Assembly (NCBI GenBank): GCA_014905635.1
Contig: JABVCE010000028.1
Location: 248,001 to 312,000 of the forward strand
Source: Scenedesmus sp. PABB004
Taxonomy: Eukaryota
DNA: 64,000 nucleotides
Direction: 5' to 3'
Made by a program: the position numbers and the translations under genes. How positions within the stretch are numbered: the stretch's first letter is position 1; every line of letters begins with the position of its first letter. A model generated the notes under the pieces. The model was not told the DNA's origin. It was given only the letters and a program-made list of their open reading frames with translations, and did no database searches. Positions 1 to 15,443 of the stretch are shown one piece after another.

Positions 1-2998
<2,998 letters not shown>

Positions 2999-3581
2999 CC
3001 TGGCCGCGGCGGCGGCGACGCGGCAGCAGCGGCGGAGCGCGGGCTGGGCTGCTCCGCGAGCGGCGATGTGGTGGTGGCGACCGCTGGCGGGGGGACGGCC
3101 TCGCGTGCGGAGGAGGACTGTGTCGTGGATGCTGCCGGAGCGGCGTGTGGAGGGCTCGGCGGCGCATCGGGATGAGGCCGCCCCGAGCCGCAGCGGTTCA
3201 ACGCGGCGCGTGCGCGGTGGGCGCGCTGCGCCGGCGCGCGTCGTGAACTCAGACGGCGCAGCCTGCTGGCGCGTGCGGACCGTGGAGGCGTCGCGCGCGC
3301 ACGAGCGCCCGCGCAGCGGCACTCGCCCGCGGTGCGTGGCTCGGCGGCGCTCGCCGCGCGCGCACCCGCCGCCGCCGCCGCCGCCGCAGTGGGCTCCGGC
3401 GTGCCTCCTTGGTGCGGAGGCTCCTTCAGCAGCGATGTTTTCGCGCCCGGCGCGGTTCAGGGGCGGCGCGCCGCTGCCACTTTTCGAACGTCACCAAACG
3501 CGGCGCCGCCACGGCGTCCCGCGCGCCGTGCGCGCCCGCCCGCACTGCCCTCGCGCTCGCTCCCCGCCTCCTCCCCGCCGT

Positions 3582-4574
3582 ATGCGCCTCCTGCTCCGCG
3601 CGGCGCGCCTCCCCAGCCCAGCAGCAGCGCCGGCGCGCGTCGCCGCCCCCCTCTCCGCGCAGTCCGTCCGCCGCCGCCGCTCCAGCCGCGCGATGCAGGT
3701 CCTGGGTGCGATGGAGAACCTCCCCACGCCGGCGCCGGAGCAGCCGCCCGCCAAGCAGGCGCGCCTGGAGGCGGCGCCGGCGGCGCCGCGCTTCTTCGTC
3801 AAGCTGCTCAGCGACGCCGCGACCGCCCCCAAGCGCGGCTCCGCGCACGCCGCGGGCTACGACCTGTCCAGGTGCGCGGCGGCAGCGGCGGCAGCAGCGC
3901 GCGCCGCGCCGCGCGCGCCGCGCCCGCCGCCCGCGACCCGCCCGTTGCTGCCGCCCGACGCCGCCGCTCGACGCCGCCGCCCGACGCCGCCGCCCGCCCG
4001 CCCTGTGCCCGGCTCGCACGCGCAGCGCCGAGGACACGGTCATCCCCGCGCGCGGCAAGGCCGCGGTGCGCACGGGCCTCGCTGTGCACGTGCCTGAGGG
4101 CACGTACGGCCGCGTCGCGCCGCGCAGCGGGCTCGCGGCCAAGCACTTTATCGACGTCGGCGCGGGCGTCATCGACGCCGACTACCGCGGTGAGGTGCAC
4201 GTCCTGCTGTTCAACCACGGCGACGCCGACTTTGGCGGTGCGCGGCCGCGCGGCGCGGCGCGGGGAGCTGGCAGCGACGCCCCGGGGCGCGCGGCACGCC
4301 GAGCTGCGGCTCGGCGCCCCGCGCGGCGGCAGCGGCGGCGGCGGCGGGCGTTTCGCGGGGCGCGCGCGCACCGCGCGGGCTGGGCTCGCGCGGCCGCCGA
4401 CGCCGCGCGCACCGCCCCGCGCGCGCAGTCAAGCGCGGCGACCGCGTCGCGCAGCTGGTGCTGGAGCGCATCGTGACGCCCGAGGTCGAGGTCGTGGCAG
4501 ACCTGGACGCCACCGACCGCGGCGCGCGCGGGTTTGGCTCGACCGGCGGCTTCGGCGCCGCGCCGGCGCAGTAG
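3582..4574 (+). CDS. DUT: dUTP diphosphatase (trimeric dUTPase), 3 exons
   Basis: Motifs [31 protein letters not shown] and [14 protein letters not shown] introns at about 3872-4025 and 4238-4428; TAG at 4572-4574. An alternative downstream ATG lies at about 3693 or 3711. Confidence 0.95.
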
Positions 4575-4952
4575 CGCGGCTGTGGGGCGGCGGGCTGCCG
4601 TGGGCTGGGCGCGCGGCGGGAGGGGGTCGGGGGGCGTGTGAAGCGCTTGCACCGCGGCACTCCGCGCCGCGCGCCGCGACGCCGGCGCCGCGCCCGGTGC
4701 GGCTCCAGCTCCAGCGCCAGCCGCGCATCATCACTCGCGTGCTTCTGCCCGACTCCGCCGGCCGGGGGCAGCGGGGCGCAGCTCGCACTCACCGCAGCGC
4801 CCACCACCGGCCAGCGCCCGCCACCGCTTCGCGCGCTCGCTGCGGCCTGTCTCGTCGCGCCAGCGTGATTGCCAGAGCTCGTTGCCGTCGTCCGTGAGGG
4901 CCCGCGGGCAGCGCATCGCGCAGCGGCGCCCGCGCAGCGGCGCCCAGTCGCG

Positions 4953-7900
4953 ATGGGCGCCCCGGAGGCGCCCCACGAGCCGGCGTCGACACGCTGGAGG
5001 TCGATCAGAGCGCTGGCGCTGGCGGCGCTGCTCGCAGCGGCGTGCGCGGCGGGCGCGCAGAGCCTGGCGCGGGCGCTGCCGCTGCCGCTGCAGCGCGCCG
5101 CGGGCGGTGAAGCTCACCAGTGCGGCCGCCTTCCTGTGAGCGCGGCGGAGCTGTGCGACGCCTGGGCGGCCGCTGCGGGCGGCGACAAGTGGGGCACCGC
5201 TGCCGCCTGGCGCCAGGGGGACGCCGCGTCCTGTGAGTACGCGCAGTCCGTGCGAGCGCGCGGCCTTCGAGGCCTGTGCGCGGCCCGCGCCCAGGCGCGA
5301 GCGCTCGGCCGCGCGCCGGCCGGCCGCCGCTGCTGCTCACCGCGCGCCGGCGCGCTGCCGCCGCCGACGCAGTCGCCTGCTCGGGCATCGACGCGGAGTG
5401 CCTGATGGCCGACATGGCGGCCGGCGCGGCGGCCAGCAGCTGCCGGCCGCTGGCGGACGGCGCGGCGTGCGGGCGCGGCCGGCGGTCGTGCCGCGCCGGC
5501 GTGTGCGCAGCAGGTGGGGGCGCGCCGCGGGCGTGCCAAGCACTGCGCAGCTTGGTGCAGCGGCAGGCGCTCACACGGCGCCCGGCCCGCCGCTCCTGTG
5601 CGTGCACTGCCGCAGGGACGCCGCCGGCGCAGCTCGCGCGGGAGTCTGGCAGCGGCGGCGGCGATGCGGCGCGGCCCGTGCCGCGCGCGCTGGCGCAGGC
5701 GGCGCCGGCGGCTGCCGGCAGCGTAGCGGGGCAGCAGGGCCAGAAGGCGCAGGCGGGGCAGCAGGGCCACAAGGCGCAGGCGGGGCAGCAGGGCCAGAAG
5801 GCGCAGGCGGGGCAGCAGGGCCAGAAGGCGCAGGCGGGGCAGCAGGGCCAGAAGGCGCAGGCGGGGCAGCAGGGCCAGAAGTCGCAGGCGGGGCAGAAGC
5901 AGGCGCAGCAGCCGCCGGCACAGCAGTCGTCACGGGACCAGGCAGCGCGCAAAGCGCAGGTCGGCCCGCCCGGCGGCAGCCCGAGCCCCAGTCCCAGCCC
6001 TGGCGGCAACCAGTTGGCGATGGCCAGCTCCGCCACCAACCCGAGCGCCATCGACTGGGCGGCGCTGAACGCGACCGCCGTGGCGGGTTGGCCGACCGCG
6101 ACAGCCGTGGTGGACAGCAATAAGTGGGGCAAGCGCGTGCCGTCGACGTTTTGCGCGACCAGCCACGAGTACGACCGGGTGCACGACTACGGCGACCCGC
6201 GGCAGGTGCAGGCGTGGGCCGAGGTGTTCAAGATGCTCTCGCCCAGCCCAATCATCCGCGTCGGCGGCGCCAGCCAAGACAAGATGACAGAGGTGCCGGG
6301 CGAGGAGACGTGGCGCGCGCTGGCCAGCCTGCAGAAGGCCACCGGCTGCCGCTTCATCTTTGGCCTGCCGCTGTGGCCCAAGAACGCGGTGGCCCTGTCC
6401 AAGCAGCTCGTCGCTGTCTCCAAAAAGTGGCTGGGTGACTCCATCATTGGCTACGAGCTCGGCAACGAGGTGAGCTGCGCCGGGTCGAGTTGAGCGCAGC
6501 AGCAGCGCCAGGCGGCTGGCAGCCGTGTGTGCTGCGCTGGCGCTCACGCGTGGCCACCCGCCTCTGCCGCCTGCAGCCCGAGTTCTGGCCGACTGGCATG
6601 GGCGGTTGGACCAAGAACGGCACGTGGAAGTCCGGCATTGACGCGTACGCGCTGTGGTTTCACAAGGTGGCGCTCGCGCTCAACCCCTGCAACTCGGGCA
6701 AGAAGACCCTGTCCGGGCCCGGCTGGGGTGCGCTGCGCAGCGCAGCGCGCGCCGCTGGCTGCCGAGCGCCGCGCGGGACTGGTGAGCAGCCGCGGACAGC
6801 GCGCCGCGCCCCGGCTGACTCGGGCGCCGCCGCTGCCCTGCAGGCAACGTCAACACGCAGCCGCCCAAGTGGGCCGCCCGGATCATGCACCAGGGCAAGG
6901 ACTGCTACCTCTGGGAAATGAACGTCCACTATTACCCGTGAGCTGCCGCCGCGCTGGGGTCGAGGCCGCGCACGGGGCTCGCGCGCGGGGGCCGCCCCGG
7001 GATGGCCGCCTGACCACAACTGCCCGCCCGCTCGTCCGCCCGCCCGCCCGCCCGCGCGCGCGCCAGGTACATCAACAACGAGACGGTCACCGCGCAGCAG
7101 CTGCTGTCGCAGCCGCTGCAGGACTTTGGGCTGTCCAAGTTCAACGAGTATCAGCGCATCGCCTCGTCGTCGTCCATCCCGCTGCGCATCAGCGAGACCA
7201 ACAGCCTGTGGGCGCCGAGCCGGCTGCGCAGCGCAGCGGCGCGCGCGCCGCCGCCGGCGGCACGCGTGCCGCGCGCGTCGCCCCGGCGCCGACCGCCTGG
7301 CAAAGCCGCAGCGGCCCCTCACCCCCTGCGCGCGTTTGCCCGCGCTCCGCGGTCCCGCGCGCAGGTACGGCGGCGGACGCGCCAACCTGAGCGACACCAT
7401 GGTCGGCGCGCTGTGGGTGGCGGACGCGCTGATGGTGTTTGCCAAGGCCGGCGCCAAGGCGTTCCACCTGCACTGGGGCATCGGCGGCCACCCCGACGGC
7501 GACCGCGGCCAGCCCAACACCGGCGTGCAGACCAACTTCCACTTTGAGGTGCGGCGGCCGCGCTGGCGGCGCAGCTGCGGTGACTGCGCTGGTGGCCGGG
7601 CTCGGGCCGAGCAGCGCGCGCCCGCCGCGGCAGGTGGCCCCCGGCGAGCCGCCCGTGCCCTGGCCGAGCATTCACGCGCCCTGGTACGGGTACCTGCTGT
7701 GGACGCTCGCGTCGGCGGGCGACTACGGCCGCAACGCCGACACCACCTTTGTCGGCGCCTCGGTGCAGCAGAAGGGCGCGTGCGCCGCCAACGTCAAGGT
7801 GCGGCGGGGCAACGTCAAGGGGGGGAGCAGGGCCGCGGCGTGCCGGCGCGCGCGTGCGCGCCGGCAGCGCCCGGGCTGGCTACGCGCGGCGCCGACGCCG

Positions 7901-8259
7901 CGCCCGCCCCCGCCCGCCGCGCGCAGATCCACGCGCTGCGCGCCGAGGACGGCGAGCTGCGCCTGGTGTTGCTGAACAAGGACGGCTCCAAGAGCTGCAA
8001 CCTCAAGGTCCTGCTTGACCCGGCCTACTGCAAGCGGCCCGCGTCGCTCGCGCGCCTGCTGCCGGGCCCGGGCGGCCTGCTGGGCAAGGGCGGCATCAGC
8101 GTCGCGGGCCAGACCTACGAGGGCGCCGGCTACGCCGGCAGGATCATGGGCCAGCGCGCGAGCGAGCCGCTGTCGCCGCGCACGTTCCCGTCGGGGCGGT
8201 GCGGCTACGAGCTGCCCCTGCCCGCCGCGAGCGGCGCGCTCGTCGTCGCGCGGCAGTGA
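4953..8259 (+). CDS. Secreted GH79 family (beta-glucuronidase/heparanase-like) glycoside hydrolase with a Cys-rich N-terminal module and Gln-rich linker
   Basis: Hydrophobic signal-like N-terminus. IIRVGGASQD, GYELGNE|PEFW (acid/base), LRISETNSL|YGGG (nucleophile) and SDTMVGALWVAD are typical clan GH-A/GH79 motifs. About 8 GT-AG introns. Confidence 0.8.
5729..5898 (+). repeat. 27-bp coding tandem repeat (GQQGQKAQA), about 6 copies
   Basis: gggcagcagggccagaaggcgcaggcg repeated with minor variants. Confidence 0.9.
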
Positions 8260-9060
8260 GCCGCGCGCTGCGGCGGCGGCGGCGGTGCGTGCTGCGTGTG
8301 AGGGGGTGTGGCCTGGACTGCTGGGTAGTTAGGCGCACGCAGCTATGCTAGCTATGCTTTTTTTGTTTTGACAGGTTGAGCGTTCAGCTCCAGAGGCCAG
8401 TATTGCCCGCAACGGCCGCGGCGGCCGCGCGCACCGCGCGTGCGCGCGCGCCGCCTGCCTGCGTGCCGGCCCGAGCGCGGTGTGTGCCTTTGTCGCTCCC
8501 TTGTGCCTCACCATTGCTTGCAGCGGCCCCGCCAGCTGACCGGCGGCAGCGCCTGTGTCTGTGCACACGCGCCTCGCGCCGCCTGGCCCGGGCCCGCAGC
8601 GTCAACGTTGCTGTTGCCCCGACTTGACTTTGTCTAGCCGCCTTGCGCGCCTTCGTGCCGCCGGTAACGCGTCGTCGGGCAGCCGGGCGGCAGCCGGGCG
8701 GCGGCGGCGGCAGCCGGGCGGCGCGGCGGCAGCAGCGGGCGCCGGCGCGGCGGCAGCGGCCGACGAGTGACCTGCGCGGTCGGCGGCGCGGCGCCTTACA
8801 AAACGGGTCTTACAAACCGCGTGGGTGTGATCGTACAGCGATTCGTGCGGCGCGCAAAGAATGAGGGCGGCAGCAGAGGGTGACCCAGCACATATAGACA
8901 AAGCGGCCAGCGCCTCGCCGCCTCGCCCGCGGCCCTCCCACGCGTCACCGCACTCATCGGAAGCGCCGCGGCGCTCGTTGCGCAGTCGCGCGCGTCGGCT
9001 GCTGCTCGCCCGGCCGCGCAGGCCGCGCCGCAGCTCGCGAGGCCTCCCCGGACCCTCATC

Positions 9061-11292
9061 ATGGCCCGCCTCGGCGCCCTGGGTCGCGCGCTGGCGCTGC
9101 TGGGCCTCGCGGCGCCGCTGCTGCTGCGGTGCGCCAGCGGGCATGGGTACCTCCAAATCCCGGCGCCCCGGCAGCTCGTGGCCGCGCAGCGCGGCCAGTT
9201 CTACAACCAGGCCGGCGGCAACGGCAAAGGTGGGCGGCGGCGGCGCGGCGCGGCCGGGGGCGGGAAGCTCGCCGCGCGCGCTCGGTCAGCAGCTGACCAA
9301 CGTTGGTCAGTGCGTCGTTGGGCCCCACCACACTGCCGCCATCGCCGCCCTCCACCGCTTCCCCACACCGCGCCGGCGCCCCAGGCGTGTGCGGCGATCC
9401 CTACGAGGGCGGCGGCACGACCTGGGCGACGGTCGCGTGGGGCGCGTACCCAAGCGGCGCGACCTACACCGCCGGGCAGCGCGTCACGCTCAAGGTCACC
9501 CTCACCGCCAACCACGGCGGCCGCTTCGCCTTCCAGCTCTGCCCCCGCACCTCCGGTGAGCGCCGGCGCCCAGCGGCTGCCGCGGCGCCCCCGCGCCGCC
9601 GCCGGGCGCGCGTCCCGCGCGCCCTCCTACCGCCGCCGACTGCCGACCGCCGCCGCCCTTCTTGTGTGCGCGCGCGCGCAGGCCTGGACCACGCGTGCTT
9701 CAGCAACTACCTCACGCGCGCGGACGTCCCGGGCGAGCGCAGCACCTGGCTCATGAGCGGCACCCAGAAGGACTACACCCTCGGTGCGCGCGCGCTGTGC
9801 GCGCTGTGCAGCGCGCGCCCCGCGCACACGCGGCGACGACGCAGCGCCCCCGGCTGACGCGCGCCGCCGGCCGCCGCGCCTAACCCTAAACTCTACAGAC
9901 TACGTGCTGCCGTCTGGCTTTGCCTGTCCCGGCGGCTGCGTGCTGCGCTGGGAGTACGTGGCGATGCAGTCGTGCATCGAGCAGCCGCCCTGCGACCCCG
10001 CCGTCTGCGGCGGTGCGCGCCGCACCGCGCCGCCCGGGCCGCCGCCGCGCGCGCGCACGCCGCCGCCGCGCGGCTCCGCCGCGACGCGCCTGCCGCGCCC
10101 ACGCGCCCGCCCGCCGGCGCGCGCGCGCGCAGACTATTCCAAGGGCACCAACGTCGCCTGGGCGAGCAACCCCGGGTTCTGCAGCGACCCGTCGATCCTG
10201 GAGCTTTTCTACAACTGCGCCGACGTGGTCATCACGGGCGCAAGCAGCGCGACGCCCAGCCCCAGCCCCGCGCCCGCGATGAGCCCCGCGCCGCGCGCGA
10301 GCCCGAGCCCAGCGCCGGCTGCGGCGAGCCCGAGCCCCGCGCCGCCCAGCGGCAGCCCGACCTGCCCCAACGGCTACGCCGCTGGCGGCGGCGACTGCGG
10401 CGCCGCCGCCGGGGGCCGCTGCTGCCCCAGCGGGCAGTGCTGCAGCCAGTGGGGCCACTGCGGCATCACGGCCGCCCACTGCGGCACCGGCTGCCAGAAG
10501 AGCTACGGCGCGTGCAGCGGCGCGGCGCCGCCGGCCTCTCCGTCGCCGTCACCCCGGCCGCCCGCGGCTTCGCCGTCGCCGTCGCCCCGGCCGCCCGCGG
10601 CGTCGCCGTCGCCGTCGCCCCGGCCGCCCGCGGCGTCGCCATCGCCCGCGCCCGTGGTCGCATCGCCGTCCCCGGCGCCCGCTGCCAGCCCCGCGCCCAC
10701 CACCGGGCGCGGCAGCCTGCCCAGCGGGCCGCTGGTGGTCGCCTACTACCAGGTGGGGCGGCCGCCGCGCTGCAGCGCGCGGCTGGTGCTCCCCCGCGGG
10801 CGCGTGGCGCCCACGCCGCCCCGCGCCGCGCCGCGCCGCGCCGCGCCACCGACACCGCAGACCTGGAGCGCTCCCTGGGCGTCCAGCGGCACCGCCATGG
10901 ACCTCGCCAAGATTCCTTGTGAGCCGGCGCTCACAAGCCGCCTGCAGCTGCAGCTGGCAGCCCTCAGCCGCCACGCGCGGCCGTCACCGCTCCGCCGCGC
11001 CGCCCTCTCACCGCCCGGCGCCGCGCCCCGCCGCCCGCAGCTTACATCAACGTGGTGGTCGTGTCCTTTGCCCAGCCCGACTGCACGTACACGCCCGGCA
11101 GCCTGTCGCTGACCGGCACGGGCATCCAATTCAGTTCGTCCGGCCCCGTCGTGCGTGACGCCATCGCGGCGCTCAAGGCGGCGCAGCCCAACACGCGCGT
11201 GATGCTGGCCGTCGGCGGTGCCACCTACACCAACTTTGCGGGCATGAACACCGGCTGCATCAAGGCGCTGGTGGACGACTTTGGCTTTGACG

Positions 11293-11323
<31 letters not shown>

Positions 11324-12622
11324 GGGGGGGGGGAGGGCGCTGCGTGCGCTCCGCCCTGCGCGCTCGCCAGGCTGCGCCGGCGGCACCACGCGTGCGCCGA
11401 CCCTGCCCTGCGCGCCCGGCCGCGCCCGCCGTGCGCAGGCGTGGACCTGGACTACGAGCCCGCCAACAGCAACTGCGTTGTGTCCAGCGGCGGCGTGTCC
11501 TGCGCCACCGACGCCGAGTCGGTGACAGCCACGGCCGCGCTGCGCTCGGCGCTGCCGGCCGGGCGCTACCTGCTCTCCACCGCGAGCTGGCACGTCGGCG
11601 CGTACGGCGTCGGCGCGTTTGCCAACGCGCAGCCCCGCAGCGTCTACACCGGCGTCAACCTTGCCATGGCCGCCTCGCCCGCGGGCCAGGCGCTGGACCT
11701 CATCAACATCATGGCCTACGACGCAGGTGAGCGCTGCGCCCGCGCCCCGTGCGCCGCCGGTGCCGCGCCCCGCCCTGCTGTGTGCGGGCTCAGACGTGAC
11801 GGCTGACCGCCCCGCCCTCCCTCGTGCGCCGCGCAGGCAACAAGGCCACCACCGGCTTTGACTGGTCCGAGTCGTACCGCGCCCACCGCGCCGTGTGGCC
11901 GCGCCAGGCCATCGCCATCGGGGTGGAGATCCCGCCCGAGGCCTGGTGCGTGCGCCTGCGCGCGCAGCTGTGCCGCGCAGCGCTCGCCCACCTGCCAGCC
12001 TCCGTGCCGCGTGCCGCTGACCCGCTCCGCTCGCCCCCTGCGCCTGCGCGCCGCCGCCAGGGGCGGCAACGTGATCACGCTGCCCGAGGTCACGACGCGC
12101 GCCAACTACGCCCGCGACCAGGCCGGCGGCGCGCCGTATGGCCTCATGCTGTGGAGCCTGCAGAAGCCGGGCTGCCCCAACGCCCAGCAGATCACGAGCG
12201 CCGCGTGCAGCGCCTTTGCCATGGCCGGCTGCACCGCCACGATTCCATTTTCCGTGACGGCATGCTCCGCTCCCCCGCCCGCCTCCTCGCCGGCACCGGC
12301 GCCGACCCCCGTGCCGGGGGCCAGCCCGGCGCCCACGCCAAGCCCGACCCCCCCGCCGGCTGGCAGCTGCTCCAGCTACGCCACCGGCGGCGGCGCGTGC
12401 GGCGCGACCAACGGCGGCAGCTGCTGCTCCAACGGGCAGTGCTGCAGCCAGTGGGGGTGGTGCGGCACCACGGCCTCCCACTGCGGCACCGGCTGCCAGA
12501 AGAGCTACGGCGCGTGCGGCACGGCGACAGCGGCCGCCGCGAGGCGTGCGCGCAGGGCCGCACGCAAGGCCGCCGCGGAGGCTGCTGCTGCGGCCACGAA
12601 CGAGCCGGCGCCGGGCGCTTGA
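9061..12622 (+). CDS. Secreted LPMO (AA15/AA10-like) + hevein (CBM18) + GH18 chitinase + hevein fusion protein
   Basis: Signal peptide ending CASG followed by N-terminal His (HGYLQIPAPR); CGDP, TANHGGRFAFQLCP, CVLRWEY, ELFYNCADVVI. Hevein CCSQWGHCG...HCGTGCQ; GH18 AVGGA and [10 protein letters not shown]; second hevein CCSQWGWCG. 9 GT-AG introns. Confidence 0.9.
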
Positions 12623-13487
12623 TTGCTTCGGATTGTTTATGCTTGCTGTTGCTTGGTGAATGCAAGACGCGGAGCTCCAACGCTGGAGGCCTTGGGCTCG
12701 ACGAGCCATGCAGACACTGTCCAGATGCATATATGCCACGCGCCGCTGCCGGCGCGCTCTCCTCCTCGCAGTGGCCGGCGCGCGTGCGGCAGGGCCGACG
12801 GATGCGGCGGCGCCGCCGCCCGCCGCCGGCCAAGAGCCGCCTTGCTTGCTTCCCTTGATTTCCCAGGCCGGGCCTCGGCCATGCACAGCGACGGTCATCA
12901 TCCGCGCAATTCGCGAGGCGCCCCACGCCGCAACCCAACTCCCGCACGCGTTGTTTCCCCGCAGACGCCACATTACAAATTCTGTGTGTTTTTCATCCAG
13001 GGAGGGCCTTGATCGGACGCCTCGCGCGCGCGCGCCGCCCGCCGGCCAGGAGGGGCGCCCGCCGCCGGCAGGAGGGGCCGGCGGCCGCTCGACGCGGCGG
13101 CGCGCGCGCGTGCGGCAGGGCACAGCACGGAGGTGTGTAAAAGCGCGGGAGTGCGCCGCCCGATGCTGCGCCGCATCACGACTGCAGCGCCGCCGGCTCA
13201 CGAGCACAGCTACAGCGACCACGGCCCCACGCGGCGCCGCGCGCAGCACGGCCGAGCCGCCGCCGCTGCTGCTGCCACCGCGGCAGCCACTCCCGCCGTC
13301 GCGGCAGCCTGCGCGACCGCCGAGGGAGCGAGGGATCGCAGCACACACTGCCACCGCCCACGGGCTCGCCGGCGCGCGGGCGCCTCGCGTCTCCCGGCCA
13401 TCAGCAGTAGCAGCGCGCCCTCCAGCGCAGCCGCAGCCGCAGCCGGCGTGACCGCCGCGTCCGTGCGATCCCTGTGCCACCAGGGGC

Positions 13488-14881
13488 ATGGCGGCGGTGA
13501 AGGTGCTGCTCGCGGGCGACTGCCTGGGCGGCTTCGCGGCCCTGTTCAAGAAGGTGGCGGCCGTGAACGCCAAGAACGGGCCCTTCGAGCTCCTCATCTG
13601 CGTGGGCCAGTTTTTCGAGCCCGGCGGTGCGCCGCCAGCGGCGCCGGCGCGGCAGCCGCCGGCAGCGCGCTCTGCTGCTGCTGCTGCTGCTGCGCCGTGC
13701 ACCGCGCGCCCCGACGCCCGCGCCGCCGTCCGCCCGGCAGCCGACGATGACGGCGACGTGCCGGAGGCGCTCAGGCCCTACGTGGAGGGCACCGCGCAGC
13801 CGCCGGTGCCCACGCACTTCCTCGGCGGCTACGGTGAGCCGCGGCTCGCGCGCCGGCGCCGGCGCCGATGCGCAGCGCGCGCCGGCGCGGGCGCCGGCGC
13901 CGGCAGCAGGCGCCGGCAGCAGCGTGACGCTGCGGCGGCGGCCGGCGCGCCCTGCGTGCAGGCAAGGGCTCGGCGGCCACGCTCGCGGCGCTCGCGGCCG
14001 CGCCCAAGGAGGGGCGCGGCCTCCACTACCTCGGCCGCTCGGGCGTGGTGCGGCAGCGGCGCCGCGCGGCCGCCCCCGGCGCGCGCGGCAGCAGCCTGCG
14101 CTGCACGTGGCAGCGGCGCCCTGCGCAGCCGCCGCGCCCACGCCCCTGCCGCCGCGTCCGCGTCCACCGCCGCCGCGCAGACGCAGCTGGAGTCGCTGAA
14201 CGTGGCGTTCCTGGATGGCGCGTACGACGCCAGAGCCTTCTCGTCCCGCGGCGCGGCGCCCAGCTACCCGCCACCCCCGCCGGGCGCGGCTGGCGGCGAC
14301 GCGGCGGCCGAGGGCGGCGAGGGCGCCGCCGCGGCGGACGCAGCGGCCGCGCCGGCGGCCGAGGGCGGCGAGGGCGCCGCCGAGGGCGGCGAGGGCGCCG
14401 CCGAGGGCGGCGAGGGCGCAGCCGCGGCAGACGCAGCGGCCGCACCGGCGGCCGAGCAGGGCGAGGGCGCGGCCGCGGCGGACGCAGCAGCCGCGCCGGG
14501 AGCTGAGCAGGGCGAGGGCGCCGCGGCCGCAGCCTCGGCGGGCGACGACGCGGAGATGCCCGACGCGGGCGGCGCGGCGCCGGGCAGCCCCGCGGGCGCC
14601 GCGCCCGCGCCGGGCGGCGGCCCGCGCGGCGCCAAGGCGGCGACGTGCGCGCGGGCGTACAACCAGAGCGACGTCGCGCGGCTGCGGCACCAGATCACGG
14701 TGTTGCCTGGCGAAGTCGACCTTCTGCTGACGTGCGAGTGGCCCGCGGGGCTCCTGCAGGGCCTGCCCGAGGCCCAGGCCGCGCTCCCGGGTGCGCGGCG
14801 GCGAGGGCGGCGATCAGCGCCCCGCGCGCGCGGGCAGCTCGCGCGCGCGCCGCGCTGCCGCCGGCGCGGCCGTCGGCGACT

Positions 14882-14913
<32 letters not shown>

Positions 14914-15409
14914 GCGGCGCCGCAGGCTTCCAGCCGGTCTATGCCAGCACGGTGGTGGCCGACCTGGCGACCCTCGCGCGGCCGCGCTACCACATCGCAG
15001 GTGCGACGCGCCCCGCCGCCGCGCGGGCGGCCCGCGGCGCCGCGGCTGTGCCTGAGCGCTGGCGCCCACCGCCGCCGCCGCCGCTATCGCCGGCGGCAGG
15101 GGGGCAAGGCCTCTTCTACGCTCGCCTGCCGTACAGCAACCCAGACCTCGGCGCGGGGCCCCGCGCGACGCGCTTCGTCGGGCTGGGCTCGGTCAACGGC
15201 CTGTCCCCGCTGCCGGCGACCACGCCGGGGCAGCAGCAGCAGCAGGCGCTGCTGCTCCAGCAGCAGGCGGCCGGCGGCGGCGGCGCGGCCAAGCCCGCGG
15301 GCGCGCAGAAGTTCCTGCACGCGCTCGGCCTGCCTCCGGCGTCGCTGCTGAGCATCGAGCAGCTCGGCCAGCTGCCAGACGGCTGCTCGCCCTGCCCCTA
15401 CCAGCCCCT

Positions 15410-15443
<34 letters not shown>

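Noticed and set aside
8260..9060. Short ORFs in intergenic stretches (also 12623-13487 and 42300-43060)
   Set aside because: No coding-like composition or recognisable motifs; consistent with UTR and promoter sequence.
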